DNA of 64,000 bases from Patescibacteria group bacterium (lineage in GTDB: Bacteria; Patescibacteriota; Patescibacteriia; Patescibacteriales; UBA12465): contig JBAZKQ010000001.1 of NCBI GenBank assembly GCA_041650715.1, positions 70,945 to 134,944 of the forward strand, given 5' to 3'. The notes beneath the pieces are model-generated. The model did not search any database. It had not been told where the DNA came from and was given only the letters and a program-made list of their open reading frames with translations. Below, one piece after another: positions 17,001-25,028 of the stretch. Positions within the stretch are counted from its first letter, which is position 1. The number at the start of each line of letters is the position of its first letter. A program made the translations under genes and the position numbers.

Positions 17001-18983
17001 GGTGATGATGCGCAAGCAATAGTTAGAAAAGCTTTTGAAAATACGCGTAAAATAGATAATCTTGAGGCTTTTTATAAGTATGATCAAGTTTTGATGGAAA
17101 ATATTTTAACTGAAAAAAATTATTTTAGCTATTCGCTCGATGCTAACATTAGTTATTCAAAAGAATATAATTATAAATTATTAGATAATATTGTAAATAA
17201 TAATTTTTCGCTCAATGATGTTAATAAGCTCTTAGATTACCTCAAGAAAAATGGTAATTTGGAAATGGTGAATGAGTTTAAAAAAAGATTGTCCAAGCTT
17301 GACAAAGAGCAAGCAACGGCAGGGCGCATGGCTTTGCTTAATGCCGATTTTCTTAGTGTGGTGGAATCAAAAAAATTCTATCAGGAAATAACTTCGTCGT
17401 CTTCGGACAATGCTCGCATTCAAATTATGAATTCGATCGATGTTATTGGCTCCATGCTCAGTAATCGTAATAACGTCGAGCAATTGGGACAATTTTTAAA
17501 TAAACCAAGAGCCGAAGACATTTTAAATTTAAAAGACATTTCTGATTTTATTGAAAAATATAATAAAGAAAACAAGGGCCGGAGCGTGGCGGTGATGCTT
17601 TTTGCAAGAGAATATCTTCCGAGTAGACCCCTTGAGGAAGTTATTGAAAGAGTGGCTTCTAATTTAAGAAAATATGGCGAAATAATTGAGAATAATTCTT
17701 ATAAAAACGTGCCGGAAGGGTTTAGGGCGTCAATCGGGATGGAATACGAAATTACTTCCTCAACCGCTAAGGGGTATGAGGAATTAACTTCACAAACAAG
17801 CTTAAAAGAAGACATCGCCAGAATAAGTCAGGCCGCCAGAATAGGCTCGGGGAAAGATGCTGTTCATGAAATTGCGACCAAGCCGACTGATAATCCCTAT
17901 TTAATGCTTTTAGAAATGAAGCTTCTTCATGATATTGAATATATAGATTTAAATTTTAATCGTTCGGAAAATTATCAGAAGGGAGCGCGCGGTTTCCATT
18001 TGACTATTGGCGGGGAAAAGGGTTTGACGGTTGACTCGGAAACAAATTTTTTACAAAATGCTTTGCTGGCTGCCTCTTGGGGCGGAATTCAGTCTGGAGA
18101 AACCGGCCATAAAGTTAATGGCGGACGCGGAGTGTCGTTAAGAGGGAGAGACGCCGAGCAATCTAATAATATTGCTTTTTTTGGGAAAAAAACTAATTCA
18201 GTAGAATTGCGTTCTTTATCCATAGACAAGGAGGAAACTTTGCAAAGAGCGGTTACTACCGCCTTCAACGGAGCGATCGCGATCCAGGCTTTTAAAGAAT
18301 GCTTTCCCAGGGGTTCTTCGGAGGTCCTAAATCTATTAGAGACGACGGACGGGCAAAGGAGTATCGACGAGGCTATAGACTCTAAGGATAAAAAAATTGC
18401 CGATTTAGCCAGATTATGGCTCGATTTAATTAGCCAGGTAAATTCTTCAGTCAAACGACATAATGAATCGTTTATAGATAATGAGATGTTTGGCTATTTA
18501 GATGATAAAGACGTTTGGGTCGATGCGGCCGATTTCGGCGGTGAATATAACAAAAAACGTTTTGATTCAATAATCGCCAATATCGATCCGACCCTAAGTC
18601 TGAAGGAATATGCCAAGACCACGGAAATAAATCGAGAAGAATTCTTTAAAAGTTTTAGCGTTGAGTTGTCCGATAAGCTTATTAAGATAAATAATCTCTA
18701 TCTTAAACCGGGAACAGTGTCTGCCGATGATAAAGATAAAAAAACTAATGTTTTTAAAGGTGATCACGCTAACGCAATTTCGATGTTAGAAACCACTAAG
18801 TTAGGCAATTCTGGAATTGAATATTATGATGAGGATTTTTTAGATAAGACAGTTTTTGATACGGCCGGGGAAAAAAGAAAAGGTTATTATTATCTTCAAG
18901 GGGGTAGCGAATTAATGCTTACTCACGCCATACAAAAATCTCTGATTGACTTTAATTCAAAAATAGAAAAAATGCTTAATTAA
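14025..18983 (+). CDS. Giant ORFan (1652 aa), predicted soluble helical-repeat protein with a C-terminal GS-like carboxylate-amine ligase (amidoligase) motif set
   Basis: Uninterrupted 4.96-kb ORF with no N-terminal signal peptide or TM segment. AT-rich relative to neighbours. Motifs: GMEYE (aa 1238-1242), HEIATKP (1281-1287), GFHLTIGG (1323-1330), VELRS (1393-1397). Confidence 0.8.
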   Translation: MNNFGEQFIDPKDLKANVIDQPENKEELNITVDNKNELENDISSGYLNDLNSQINLEEHVIEEFSKTKDDKLRESLRDLRRLGEESLKTLSSKIVEIFNSSKLVVKLRDIYIEKRSISIHKELSVENKLPKVDDYDSFLKLIQSDFWGSSANAADATFRANTALYSIAKRFPEKRKDILEIWPELFSREISCNTDLFDRQIRDIKENEYNVISGNDEKINYIKSCDDFTALTCLLNLNFSSKDIDVSEETIKRLDSLISNHPNVKELPGGITDQLFNACTEKPEEIMSDARRTDFLFNLWINKISIYSNKLTSSSIIPIFAERLQTCSKEETDKLLKMLLRNWNNSYDSGDFNLLIEFLPLDKSHVKLINKKKNLVDGENSDKLLSLNRDKVLGKNIEKREYEVLLTAAESLRGGNEVIFLSNLIANYPDKVLGINETELENILDVLLKYRQERFDIDTLHCLTELMSRCYWPDNLKKKVYGANSISANTLNKIVTGLDDPTFDWLRNNQLLFSQLQIDFHKKAQNNDLRHYFYNVLDGKQQSDNLGDLIKSYGRSGAGFDFEELRALFLENRIDKKYIQYFIDQIGNEQILTGLNSELINSVDKTWFLESALKYGKANNATEILRMLMLGGSIDNQEKRQDILNSLSDNILLKCDNYDSKKTAYGYGNEVAGVSAQLFNEDLSDILSREELLGLRKKMMLGALGFSNSENATLLTITNRENTAKAFPEEQERADYLYKLFEKLISDQDNRQYFSVMSFYFGKPELFSALDNSRKQELENKIFNFNITERSDSFLGLLPEMDAKQKERFISCFENNFELKELTTNVFDSFCRKLTYFSEFSSNKEVYTRIYLKLLNDPGLKSEAASVLFDKEIVFSDSKIKDAFFNNIIRWPGIDGTNILESLASMKGNDKSFLLSNEEVKKISTSVMENRGLSPKFWKGYLQSPKKNPTFYLDENIFRKGINNIGNDCFRESGEEIVAFIKSLSASGFEFTGDDAQAIVRKAFENTRKIDNLEAFYKYDQVLMENILTEKNYFSYSLDANISYSKEYNYKLLDNIVNNNFSLNDVNKLLDYLKKNGNLEMVNEFKKRLSKLDKEQATAGRMALLNADFLSVVESKKFYQEITSSSSDNARIQIMNSIDVIGSMLSNRNNVEQLGQFLNKPRAEDILNLKDISDFIEKYNKENKGRSVAVMLFAREYLPSRPLEEVIERVASNLRKYGEIIENNSYKNVPEGFRASIGMEYEITSSTAKGYEELTSQTSLKEDIARISQAARIGSGKDAVHEIATKPTDNPYLMLLEMKLLHDIEYIDLNFNRSENYQKGARGFHLTIGGEKGLTVDSETNFLQNALLAASWGGIQSGETGHKVNGGRGVSLRGRDAEQSNNIAFFGKKTNSVELRSLSIDKEETLQRAVTTAFNGAIAIQAFKECFPRGSSEVLNLLETTDGQRSIDEAIDSKDKKIADLARLWLDLISQVNSSVKRHNESFIDNEMFGYLDDKDVWVDAADFGGEYNKKRFDSIIANIDPTLSLKEYAKTTEINREEFFKSFSVELSDKLIKINNLYLKPGTVSADDKDKKTNVFKGDHANAISMLETTKLGNSGIEYYDEDFLDKTVFDTAGEKRKGYYYLQGGSELMLTHAIQKSLIDFNSKIEKMLN

Positions 18984-19113
18984 ATTTCGCTCCCTATTAA
19001 GATTATTAGGAATTGAAAAAGTGCCCCGCTGCAGTCGGGACTAAAAAACTTCTTGAAAGTCGCGTTTATCGCTATAATTTTTAGAATCAATTTCCCAATA
19101 ATCTGCGTAGTAT

Positions 19114-19135
19114 AAACAGGCGAACTCGCCTGTTT
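19114..19135 (+). terminator. Hairpin AAACAGGCG-AACT-CGCCTGTTT + T-rich tail (terminator of the giant gene or leader attenuator of the next gene)
   Basis: Perfect 9-bp stem lying 20 nt upstream of the 19155 ATG. Confidence 0.5.
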
Positions 19136-19154
19136 ATTGTTTATTAATAAGGAT

Positions 19155-20780
19155 ATGGTTCAAATATTATTCGCGTTATTAGCCGGAATTTTGACTATTG
19201 CCGCGCCTTGTATATTATTGCCCCTACCGATTATTTTAGGTGCTTCGGTCGGCCACCAGAATAAGACTAGACCCCTATTTCTGGTATTTGGTTTTATCCT
19301 GAGTTTTTCTCTTCTGGCCCTGCTAATTAATTTCTTGGTAACGGCCCTAAATTTAAACCCGAATATTTTGCGAAGCATCGCCGTTATTCTTTTGGCGCTG
19401 TTTGCGGTCTTTATGATTTGGCCGCGACCTTTTGAAATATTCATGAGCCGTTTTAGCACCCTGCTGGGTCGCGCTAATCAGACCGGGGAGAGAGCGGGCG
19501 CGGGCAATTTCGGCGGTTTTATTTTAGGGATATTAATTGGAATTATTTGGGCGCCCTGCGCCGGCCCGATTCTGGGAGCGATATTAACTTTGATTGCGCT
19601 TCAAAATAATTTTAGTCAGGCTGCTTTGCTTTTGGTGGCTTATGCCATTGGCGCCGGTTTGCCGATGCTGGCGATTGCCTACGGCGGCCAAGCGCTAACG
19701 ACAAAAATAAAAAGTATCGCCCAATATTCGCGCCGTCTCCAGCAAGTTTTTGGCGTCATCTTAATTATTTTGGCGCTGGCAATATATTTTCAATATGACA
19801 CGCTTATTCAAACTAAACTCTTAGCCAGTGTTCCCAGCTTGAACATTGGCCTGGAAAATAATCTTATGAATAATTTTATAACGCGACCTAAATTAAGCGC
19901 GCAAAAAAAAGCGCCTGACTTCGTTGGTATTAATACTTGGCTGAATTCCGAACCGCTGACCTTGGCCGACCTTAAGGGTAAAGTTGTTTTGGTAGATTTT
20001 TGGACTTACTCCTGTATAAATTGCGTGCGCACCTTGCCGTACGTAACGAGCTGGTATGATAAATATAAAGACAGTGGTTTAGTCGTGGTTGGAATACACT
20101 CTCCCGAGTTCGCTTTTGAGAAAGAAACGGCTAATGTAAAAATGGCGATTAAGCAATATAAAATAAATTACCCGGTGGCACAGGACAATAATCTTAGCAC
20201 CTGGCAGGCTTATGATAACCAGTATTGGCCCGCCGAATATTTAATCGATCAGTCGGGTAATATCGTTTATACTCATTTCGGCGAAGGCGAATATGATAAG
20301 ACGGAAAACGCCATCCGTGAGTTATTGGGAGTAGCGGGAGGAGTCGCGGCCAATAACGGGCAAGATTTAAGCCAAGTAAAGTCTCCGGAAATGTATTTCG
20401 GGGGTAATCGCCTCGAATATTTGACGGCCAAGCAAGAACCATCGATAGTCCCGATAGAATATAGTTTGCCGGCCAATTTAGGTTTAAATCAATTTGCGCT
20501 CGGAGGAAAATGGGAATTTGCGGCCGATAAGGCGACGCTGGTCGGAAATAGTGGAAAAATAAAATTACATTTCTATGCTGCCAAAGTATTTATGGTCGCC
20601 CAGAGTTTAAGCCAGCCGGTTACGCTTAGTATCGTGGTTGATGGCGTTGCTCAGCCGGAAGTAGTCGTTAATCAGTCCGAGCTCTATACGCTCTTTGACT
20701 CGCTTAAATATGCGGACCATACAATTGAGATAGACATTCCGCAGTCCGGTCTTGATGCCTTTACTTTTACTTTCGGTTAA
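19155..20780 (+). CDS. DipZ-like protein: CcdA/DsbD-type thiol-disulfide transporter domain fused to a thioredoxin-like (TlpA/redoxin) domain and a C-terminal beta-rich domain
   Basis: TM region has the paired Cys motifs IAAPCILLPLP and IWAPCAGPILG. Trx motif: FWTYSCINCVRTLP. ATG at 19155 with AAGGA upstream is preferred over the TTG at 19137. Confidence 0.75.
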   Translation: MVQILFALLAGILTIAAPCILLPLPIILGASVGHQNKTRPLFLVFGFILSFSLLALLINFLVTALNLNPNILRSIAVILLALFAVFMIWPRPFEIFMSRFSTLLGRANQTGERAGAGNFGGFILGILIGIIWAPCAGPILGAILTLIALQNNFSQAALLLVAYAIGAGLPMLAIAYGGQALTTKIKSIAQYSRRLQQVFGVILIILALAIYFQYDTLIQTKLLASVPSLNIGLENNLMNNFITRPKLSAQKKAPDFVGINTWLNSEPLTLADLKGKVVLVDFWTYSCINCVRTLPYVTSWYDKYKDSGLVVVGIHSPEFAFEKETANVKMAIKQYKINYPVAQDNNLSTWQAYDNQYWPAEYLIDQSGNIVYTHFGEGEYDKTENAIRELLGVAGGVAANNGQDLSQVKSPEMYFGGNRLEYLTAKQEPSIVPIEYSLPANLGLNQFALGGKWEFAADKATLVGNSGKIKLHFYAAKVFMVAQSLSQPVTLSIVVDGVAQPEVVVNQSELYTLFDSLKYADHTIEIDIPQSGLDAFTFTFG

Positions 20781-20782
20781 GT

Positions 20783-21070
20783 ACCGATTGTGGGGAAATA
20801 GGTATTTATCTTTGTCGCCCATGCGGCGCGACGCTTTATAATTAGGAAGCAAAATTTGAATCATTTTGCGGCTGGACGAGTTTTGATGATGAGGTTCCTG
20901 GGGCGGCGCGGCGTAAACCGGACGTCGATGGAATTAGGACCGAAATAAGCTGTGCTCAATGTGACGCTCATTTGGGCCACGTCTTTGCGGATAAATATTT
21001 AACCCCAAAAAGTATACGCCTTTGCGTTAATTCAGCCGCGCTTAAGATTGTTCCTGCTATTAAAATTTGA
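20783..21070 (+). pseudogene. msrB: Decayed methionine-R-sulfoxide reductase gene (5'-truncated, in-frame TAG)
   Basis: One frame reads [27 protein letters not shown]...RTEISCAQCDAHLGHVFADKYLTPKSIRLCVNSAAL. Both CxxC zinc motifs and the RxCxNS catalytic Cys are present. There is no start codon, roughly the N-terminal third (about 40 aa or more) is missing, and a TAG lies at 20843-20845. Confidence 0.7.
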
Positions 21071-21128
21071 TTAAACTATTATTTAAGGTATAATTAAATC
21101 ATCTAAATTTTACTTATTTCTGTAAAAA

Positions 21129-21587
21129 ATGCGCCCCAGATTCTTTGCTTCGATTGTCAATATTTTAAGCCTCTGCATCGTGATTGCCGGGGTCAGTATT
21201 TATTTTATAAACGAATCGCATCTGATGGGCTATATTATGATTGGGCTCGCACTTGTTTGCCTAGTTTCTTTGCGCCCTTTTAAAATTAGTTTTAAAGCAA
21301 CTTTACCGGATATATTTTTTGGGATGATTGATAATGGTATCTTGGCCGTTTTGGCTATTTTTGGGGGTCATTTCGCCGGAGTCACTGGGGCGGTTATGGG
21401 CGGAGTAGTTGGCAATGCGATTACCGATGGGATTGCCGGAATATTCGAAGGCCGGGCCGCCGAGACGCTACGGGCTCGTTTAGTGCCGGAGGAGAGGACT
21501 ATGCTTAAATCAGCGGTCGGAAAGATGGCAGGCTGCCTTTTGGGGGCTGGAGTAGTGCTTATTATTGATCAGGCACTTCGCTTCTAA
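21129..21587 (+). CDS. Small Gly-rich integral membrane protein, unknown function
   Basis: Four hydrophobic segments with GxxxG-rich helices. Confidence 0.55.
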   Translation: MRPRFFASIVNILSLCIVIAGVSIYFINESHLMGYIMIGLALVCLVSLRPFKISFKATLPDIFFGMIDNGILAVLAIFGGHFAGVTGAVMGGVVGNAITDGIAGIFEGRAAETLRARLVPEERTMLKSAVGKMAGCLLGAGVVLIIDQALRF

Positions 21588-21617
21588 AGTTTTTATAAGA
21601 TAGGGTTGTTCTAACTA

Positions 21618-21646
21618 TTGACAAAACAGTTAAAAAATAGTATAAT
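21618..21646 (+). promoter_or_regulatory. Consensus sigma70 promoter
   Basis: TTGACA, 17 nt, TATAAT. The downstream gene has an AAAGGAGGG Shine-Dalgarno. Confidence 0.65.
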
Positions 21647-21691
21647 AATTAGTTAAATAAATATAAACGTTCTTAAAAAAAGGAGGGTGTC

Positions 21692-21931
21692 ATGAAAGAA
21701 GCTCGTCTATCAACTATAGGTGCCACGGTAATGCTAATTATATACTTAGTTTTATCGCTGGTAGTGATTTGTGCTACCGAGCTTGGTTTCATCAGCTCGG
21801 ATATTATTTCTCAAACTTGGCTAAAGTTTTTTCAACTTAGCTTAACAAAAGTTTTGGGCGTATTCTACAGCTCTTTATTTATTTTGCTCTTTGTTTTAGA
21901 GCTATCAAATTTTAGAGAGCCGGCGGAATAA
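21692..21931 (+). CDS. 79-aa two-TM membrane protein, unknown function
   Basis: Strong SD (AGGAGGG) 6 nt upstream, own promoter, hydrophobic helices. Confidence 0.6.
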   Translation: MKEARLSTIGATVMLIIYLVLSLVVICATELGFISSDIISQTWLKFFQLSLTKVLGVFYSSLFILLFVLELSNFREPAE

Positions 21932-22066
21932 AAAAATTTTCTGGCTGCGTTTAAAACCATTTTTCTTCCGAGGAAAGTGGTTTTTTATTTGCAATAATGA
22001 TTGATTATAAAAAAGCACCGGATAATCCGATGCTTGATATGTTTTTTCAAATTTTGCCTTGAAGCC

Positions 22067-22681
22067 TCAATATACGGAACCAAAAGATAACAAGCTCATT
22101 GTTGTCTTCTCCAGTTCCTTGGTTAATCTGGGATCAGATATTCTGGCAGAATCGGCTTCAATAAATTCCCGCGCGTTAACGGGTTCGCCCTGTTTTTGGT
22201 ATTGGATTGCCCTTTTTATCCTTTGAAGCCGGACAAGTTCCTGGGCTATTTTAGCCCGGTCTGTTTTTTGCTCGGCATATTCAACCCAGAGTTTGAAAAT
22301 GGCCTTACCGCTATCACCCAGCGGCGAACAGATATCTTTCATGGCTTTATATTCGGCCATGTATTTAAGGTATTTGAGCGCCTTAGACAAGCCTTGTTCA
22401 ATCAGCAAGTTTTCGTTGGCTCGAGAGCCTTTGACTTCGTCTTTAGATTTCGGCCAGTCTACGATTTTTAGCATCTTATCCAGGCCGATTAAGTACGGAA
22501 AAAACTTTTGTGCTAATTTTATAGTGGCATCAATCTTGTCGCCAATGCTTTCCGATACCATAACCCCGCGTTCATGCCAGCCGGGGCGCGGTATTTCGTA
22601 AAGATGCTGTACGATCTTTAAAGTTTGCTCGCGGTTTTCTCCTTTTAGTTTTAGAGGGGATTGTTTGGGCTGGTTTTTCAT
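22067..22681 (-). CDS. Hypothetical protein with degenerate HD-domain (YfbR-like) N-terminal signature
   Basis: LYEIPRPGWHERGV resembles the (K/R)xxPRxGW motif of YfbR-type HD phosphohydrolases, but the following H...HD metal ligands are not visible. Confidence 0.4.
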   Translation of the reverse strand: MKNQPKQSPLKLKGENREQTLKIVQHLYEIPRPGWHERGVMVSESIGDKIDATIKLAQKFFPYLIGLDKMLKIVDWPKSKDEVKGSRANENLLIEQGLSKALKYLKYMAEYKAMKDICSPLGDSGKAIFKLWVEYAEQKTDRAKIAQELVRLQRIKRAIQYQKQGEPVNAREFIEADSARISDPRLTKELEKTTMSLLSFGSVY

Positions 22682-22854
22682 GATTATTTATTTTAAGGTT
22701 CGTAATTGGTTTTCATGCTATCCTATAATTATATCCTGGTTCTGTCAAATAGGGATATCGGCCAAGCGCTTTAATTTACGGTAAAAATAAGCTATAATTA
22801 AGTTAGATAAGAAATTAATAGGTTCAGATATTTTTAATCATTAACATTAAAATT

Positions 22855-23112
22855 ATGAAAAATTGGCAAAACGAAAACGCGACAGATCGCTGGGTTCGGG
22901 TCATCCTCGGGATCATTTTTTTGCTCCTTGCCTATTTCCAACTTACTGGCACCTGGCGCATCGTCTTCTATGTTTTAGGTATTATTGCGCTTGTGACCGC
23001 CCTAACCGGTTTCTGCGCGCTTTATAAATTATTGGGCATAAACACTAATAAAAAAGTAGAAGCGGCGGCTCCAAAACCGCTCGATGTCGAACCGGGGTCC
23101 AAACCGGAGTAA
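22855..23112 (+). CDS. DUF2892 (YgaP C-terminal-like) small membrane protein
   Basis: NATDRWVRVILGIIFLLLAYF...GFCALYKLLGINT matches the family pattern. Confidence 0.7.
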   Translation: MKNWQNENATDRWVRVILGIIFLLLAYFQLTGTWRIVFYVLGIIALVTALTGFCALYKLLGINTNKKVEAAAPKPLDVEPGSKPE

Positions 23113-23145
23113 GGAGATCGGATATCGCATAAAAACTGAATAAAT

Positions 23146-23176
23146 AAAAAGGAGGCATAATCGCCTCCTTTTGTTT
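23146..23176 (+). terminator. Intrinsic terminator
   Basis: GGAGGC-ATAATC-GCCTCC + TTTTGTTT. Confidence 0.65.
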
Positions 23177-23181
23177 AAACA

Positions 23182-23210
23182 TTGACAAAATTTACTTTAG
23201 TTGCTAAAAT
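23182..23210 (+). promoter_or_regulatory. Sigma70 promoter of the efflux operon
   Basis: TTGACA, 17 nt, TAAAAT. Confidence 0.6.
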
Positions 23211-23248
23211 AAAAGACAGTTAAATATAACTTATTATATCTTTATTTT

Positions 23249-25006
23249 ATGAGTATGCGCAGTTTTTTTACCAGAAAGAAAATTATCTGGTTTGTTATTC
23301 TTATTTTAATCGCCGCCGCCGTTTGGTATTTTGTGGCCAAAGGCAAAAATCCGGCCGCCAATATCCAAACGGCCGTGCTTAGTACCCAAAATATCGAGCA
23401 GACCGTTCTAACAACCGGCCAAGTAGTGAGCGCCACTGATTTAAACCTAAGCTTCCAAGGAAGTGGAGTGGTTAAAGAGATCATGGTTGTCTCCGGTGCC
23501 AAGGTTAAAGCGGGTGATATTTTGGCAACCTTAAATCAGGCCAATGCTTCAGCCGCTTTGCTTAGCGCTCAAGGGTCTCTGGCGCAAGCTAATGCTAATT
23601 ATCAGCGAGTTTTGTCCGGTTCGAGTGCCGAGCAAATAAAAGTTGCTCAAGAAGCGGTTAATGCCGCTCAGGTCGCTTATGATAACAATAAAAATCAATT
23701 AAGCACAATTCAGCAGTCAACCGCAGCGACAATCAGCCAAGCTCAGAAAACTTTAGCCGACTTACAGTCGCCAACCTCGACTTCGGATAATAAGCGCTCG
23801 GCTATTCTTTCCGTAATTTCCGCACAACTCGTTTCGGTGAAGAATGCACTTGATCAACAGAATCAAATTTTAAATGATAATAATCTAAAAAATTCCTTCG
23901 GCGTGACTGATACGAATGCCCGCGAAAATTTTAAGAATTCAATTACTTTAGTCCAACCCTTATTAGATAAAGCGAATGCCAGCCTATCGACCGCTCAGTC
24001 TTATAAGAGCGACGCCAATATTGATACAGCGGTGAATGATGCTTTAAATGCTTTAAACAGTAATTTAACTTCGTTAAACTATTGCTTTATCTCTTTGGTA
24101 AACTCAGTACCGAGTTCCAGTTTTAGCCAAGCCCAGCTCGACGCCTATAAGGCCACGATTAATGCGGCTCTCGCCAGTGAAAACCCGGGAGCGACATCTA
24201 TTCGCTCTGCCCGCCAAGCGTTAACTGACGCGCTGACGGCGACGCAAAACGCCGTTACTAACGCGCAACTCGCCCAAACGCAGCAATTGTCCGCCGCGCA
24301 AAATCAGATTAATAGCGCCCAAGCTTCTCTGCAACAAGCTAAGGCTAATTTAGCCCAGCAATCAGCCAAAGCAAAGCCGGCTGATATTAACGTCGCCTTG
24401 GCGCAGATTTTGTCTGCCAAAGGGCAGGTCGAAGCCGCTCAAGCTAATCTTAATAATTTAGTTATTAAGGCGCCGGTTGATGGCACGATTACTCAGATTA
24501 ATACCAAGGTCGGAGAGCAGGCGAGTGCGATGCAAGAAGTGATGATCCTTCAAGATATAAGTAGTTTACATACCGAAGCTTATGTGAGCGAAGCTAACGT
24601 GGCTTCTATTAAAATTGACCAGTCGGTTGATTATACTTTTGATGCCTTAGGCCCGGACAATCATTACGCGGGCAAGATTTTAACGATTGACCCGGCTTCA
24701 ACCGTTATTTCCGGAGTCGTTGATTATTTGGTAAAAGCGGATTTACCGCATATACCGGAGATTAAACCGGGCATGACTGTTAATATGACGATTTTGGTCG
24801 CGACTAAGGAAAATGTTATCGCCGTTCCGAGTGCAGCTATCATCAACACCGGGGAAAAGCATTTCGTCCGGGTGGTCGATGATGCTAAGACAGGTTCTTA
24901 CCACCAGGTAGAAGTTCAAACTGGCCTATCGGCCGACGGCGGTTTAGTAGAAATCCTTTCCGGACTGGAAAATGGCCAAACGATAGTCACTTATGTAAAG
25001 CCGTAA
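23249..25006 (+). CDS. HlyD/MacA-type periplasmic adaptor with an unusually long coiled-coil hairpin
   Basis: N-terminal TM, lipoyl-like halves (GDILATL... / VIKAPVDGTITQI), beta-barrel/MP domains, and ~300 aa of A/Q/N/S-rich helical sequence in between. Confidence 0.75.
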   Translation: MSMRSFFTRKKIIWFVILILIAAAVWYFVAKGKNPAANIQTAVLSTQNIEQTVLTTGQVVSATDLNLSFQGSGVVKEIMVVSGAKVKAGDILATLNQANASAALLSAQGSLAQANANYQRVLSGSSAEQIKVAQEAVNAAQVAYDNNKNQLSTIQQSTAATISQAQKTLADLQSPTSTSDNKRSAILSVISAQLVSVKNALDQQNQILNDNNLKNSFGVTDTNARENFKNSITLVQPLLDKANASLSTAQSYKSDANIDTAVNDALNALNSNLTSLNYCFISLVNSVPSSSFSQAQLDAYKATINAALASENPGATSIRSARQALTDALTATQNAVTNAQLAQTQQLSAAQNQINSAQASLQQAKANLAQQSAKAKPADINVALAQILSAKGQVEAAQANLNNLVIKAPVDGTITQINTKVGEQASAMQEVMILQDISSLHTEAYVSEANVASIKIDQSVDYTFDALGPDNHYAGKILTIDPASTVISGVVDYLVKADLPHIPEIKPGMTVNMTILVATKENVIAVPSAAIINTGEKHFVRVVDDAKTGSYHQVEVQTGLSADGGLVEILSGLENGQTIVTYVKP

Positions 25007-25028
25007 TCAAGGGAACCGTAAATAAGTA

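Noticed and set aside
19050-19078. Promoter-like TTCTTG/TTGAAA ... TATAAT upstream of the DipZ-like gene
   Set aside because: The good -35 (TTGAAA) gives only a 14-nt spacer, and the 17-nt alternative has a poor -35 (TTCTTG). It also lies upstream of a terminator-like hairpin, so I did not list it as a feature.
8884-20845. Two conserved-looking genes (RhuM-like at 8884-8886, msrB at 20843-20845) both interrupted by in-frame TAG, raising the idea of TAG recoding
   Set aside because: TAG serves as the ordinary stop of several well-supported genes here (ftsX at 7354, and the genes ending at 36519, 41679, 42083, 43332 and 43898). Both interrupted genes are also truncated, so pseudogenisation is the simpler reading.
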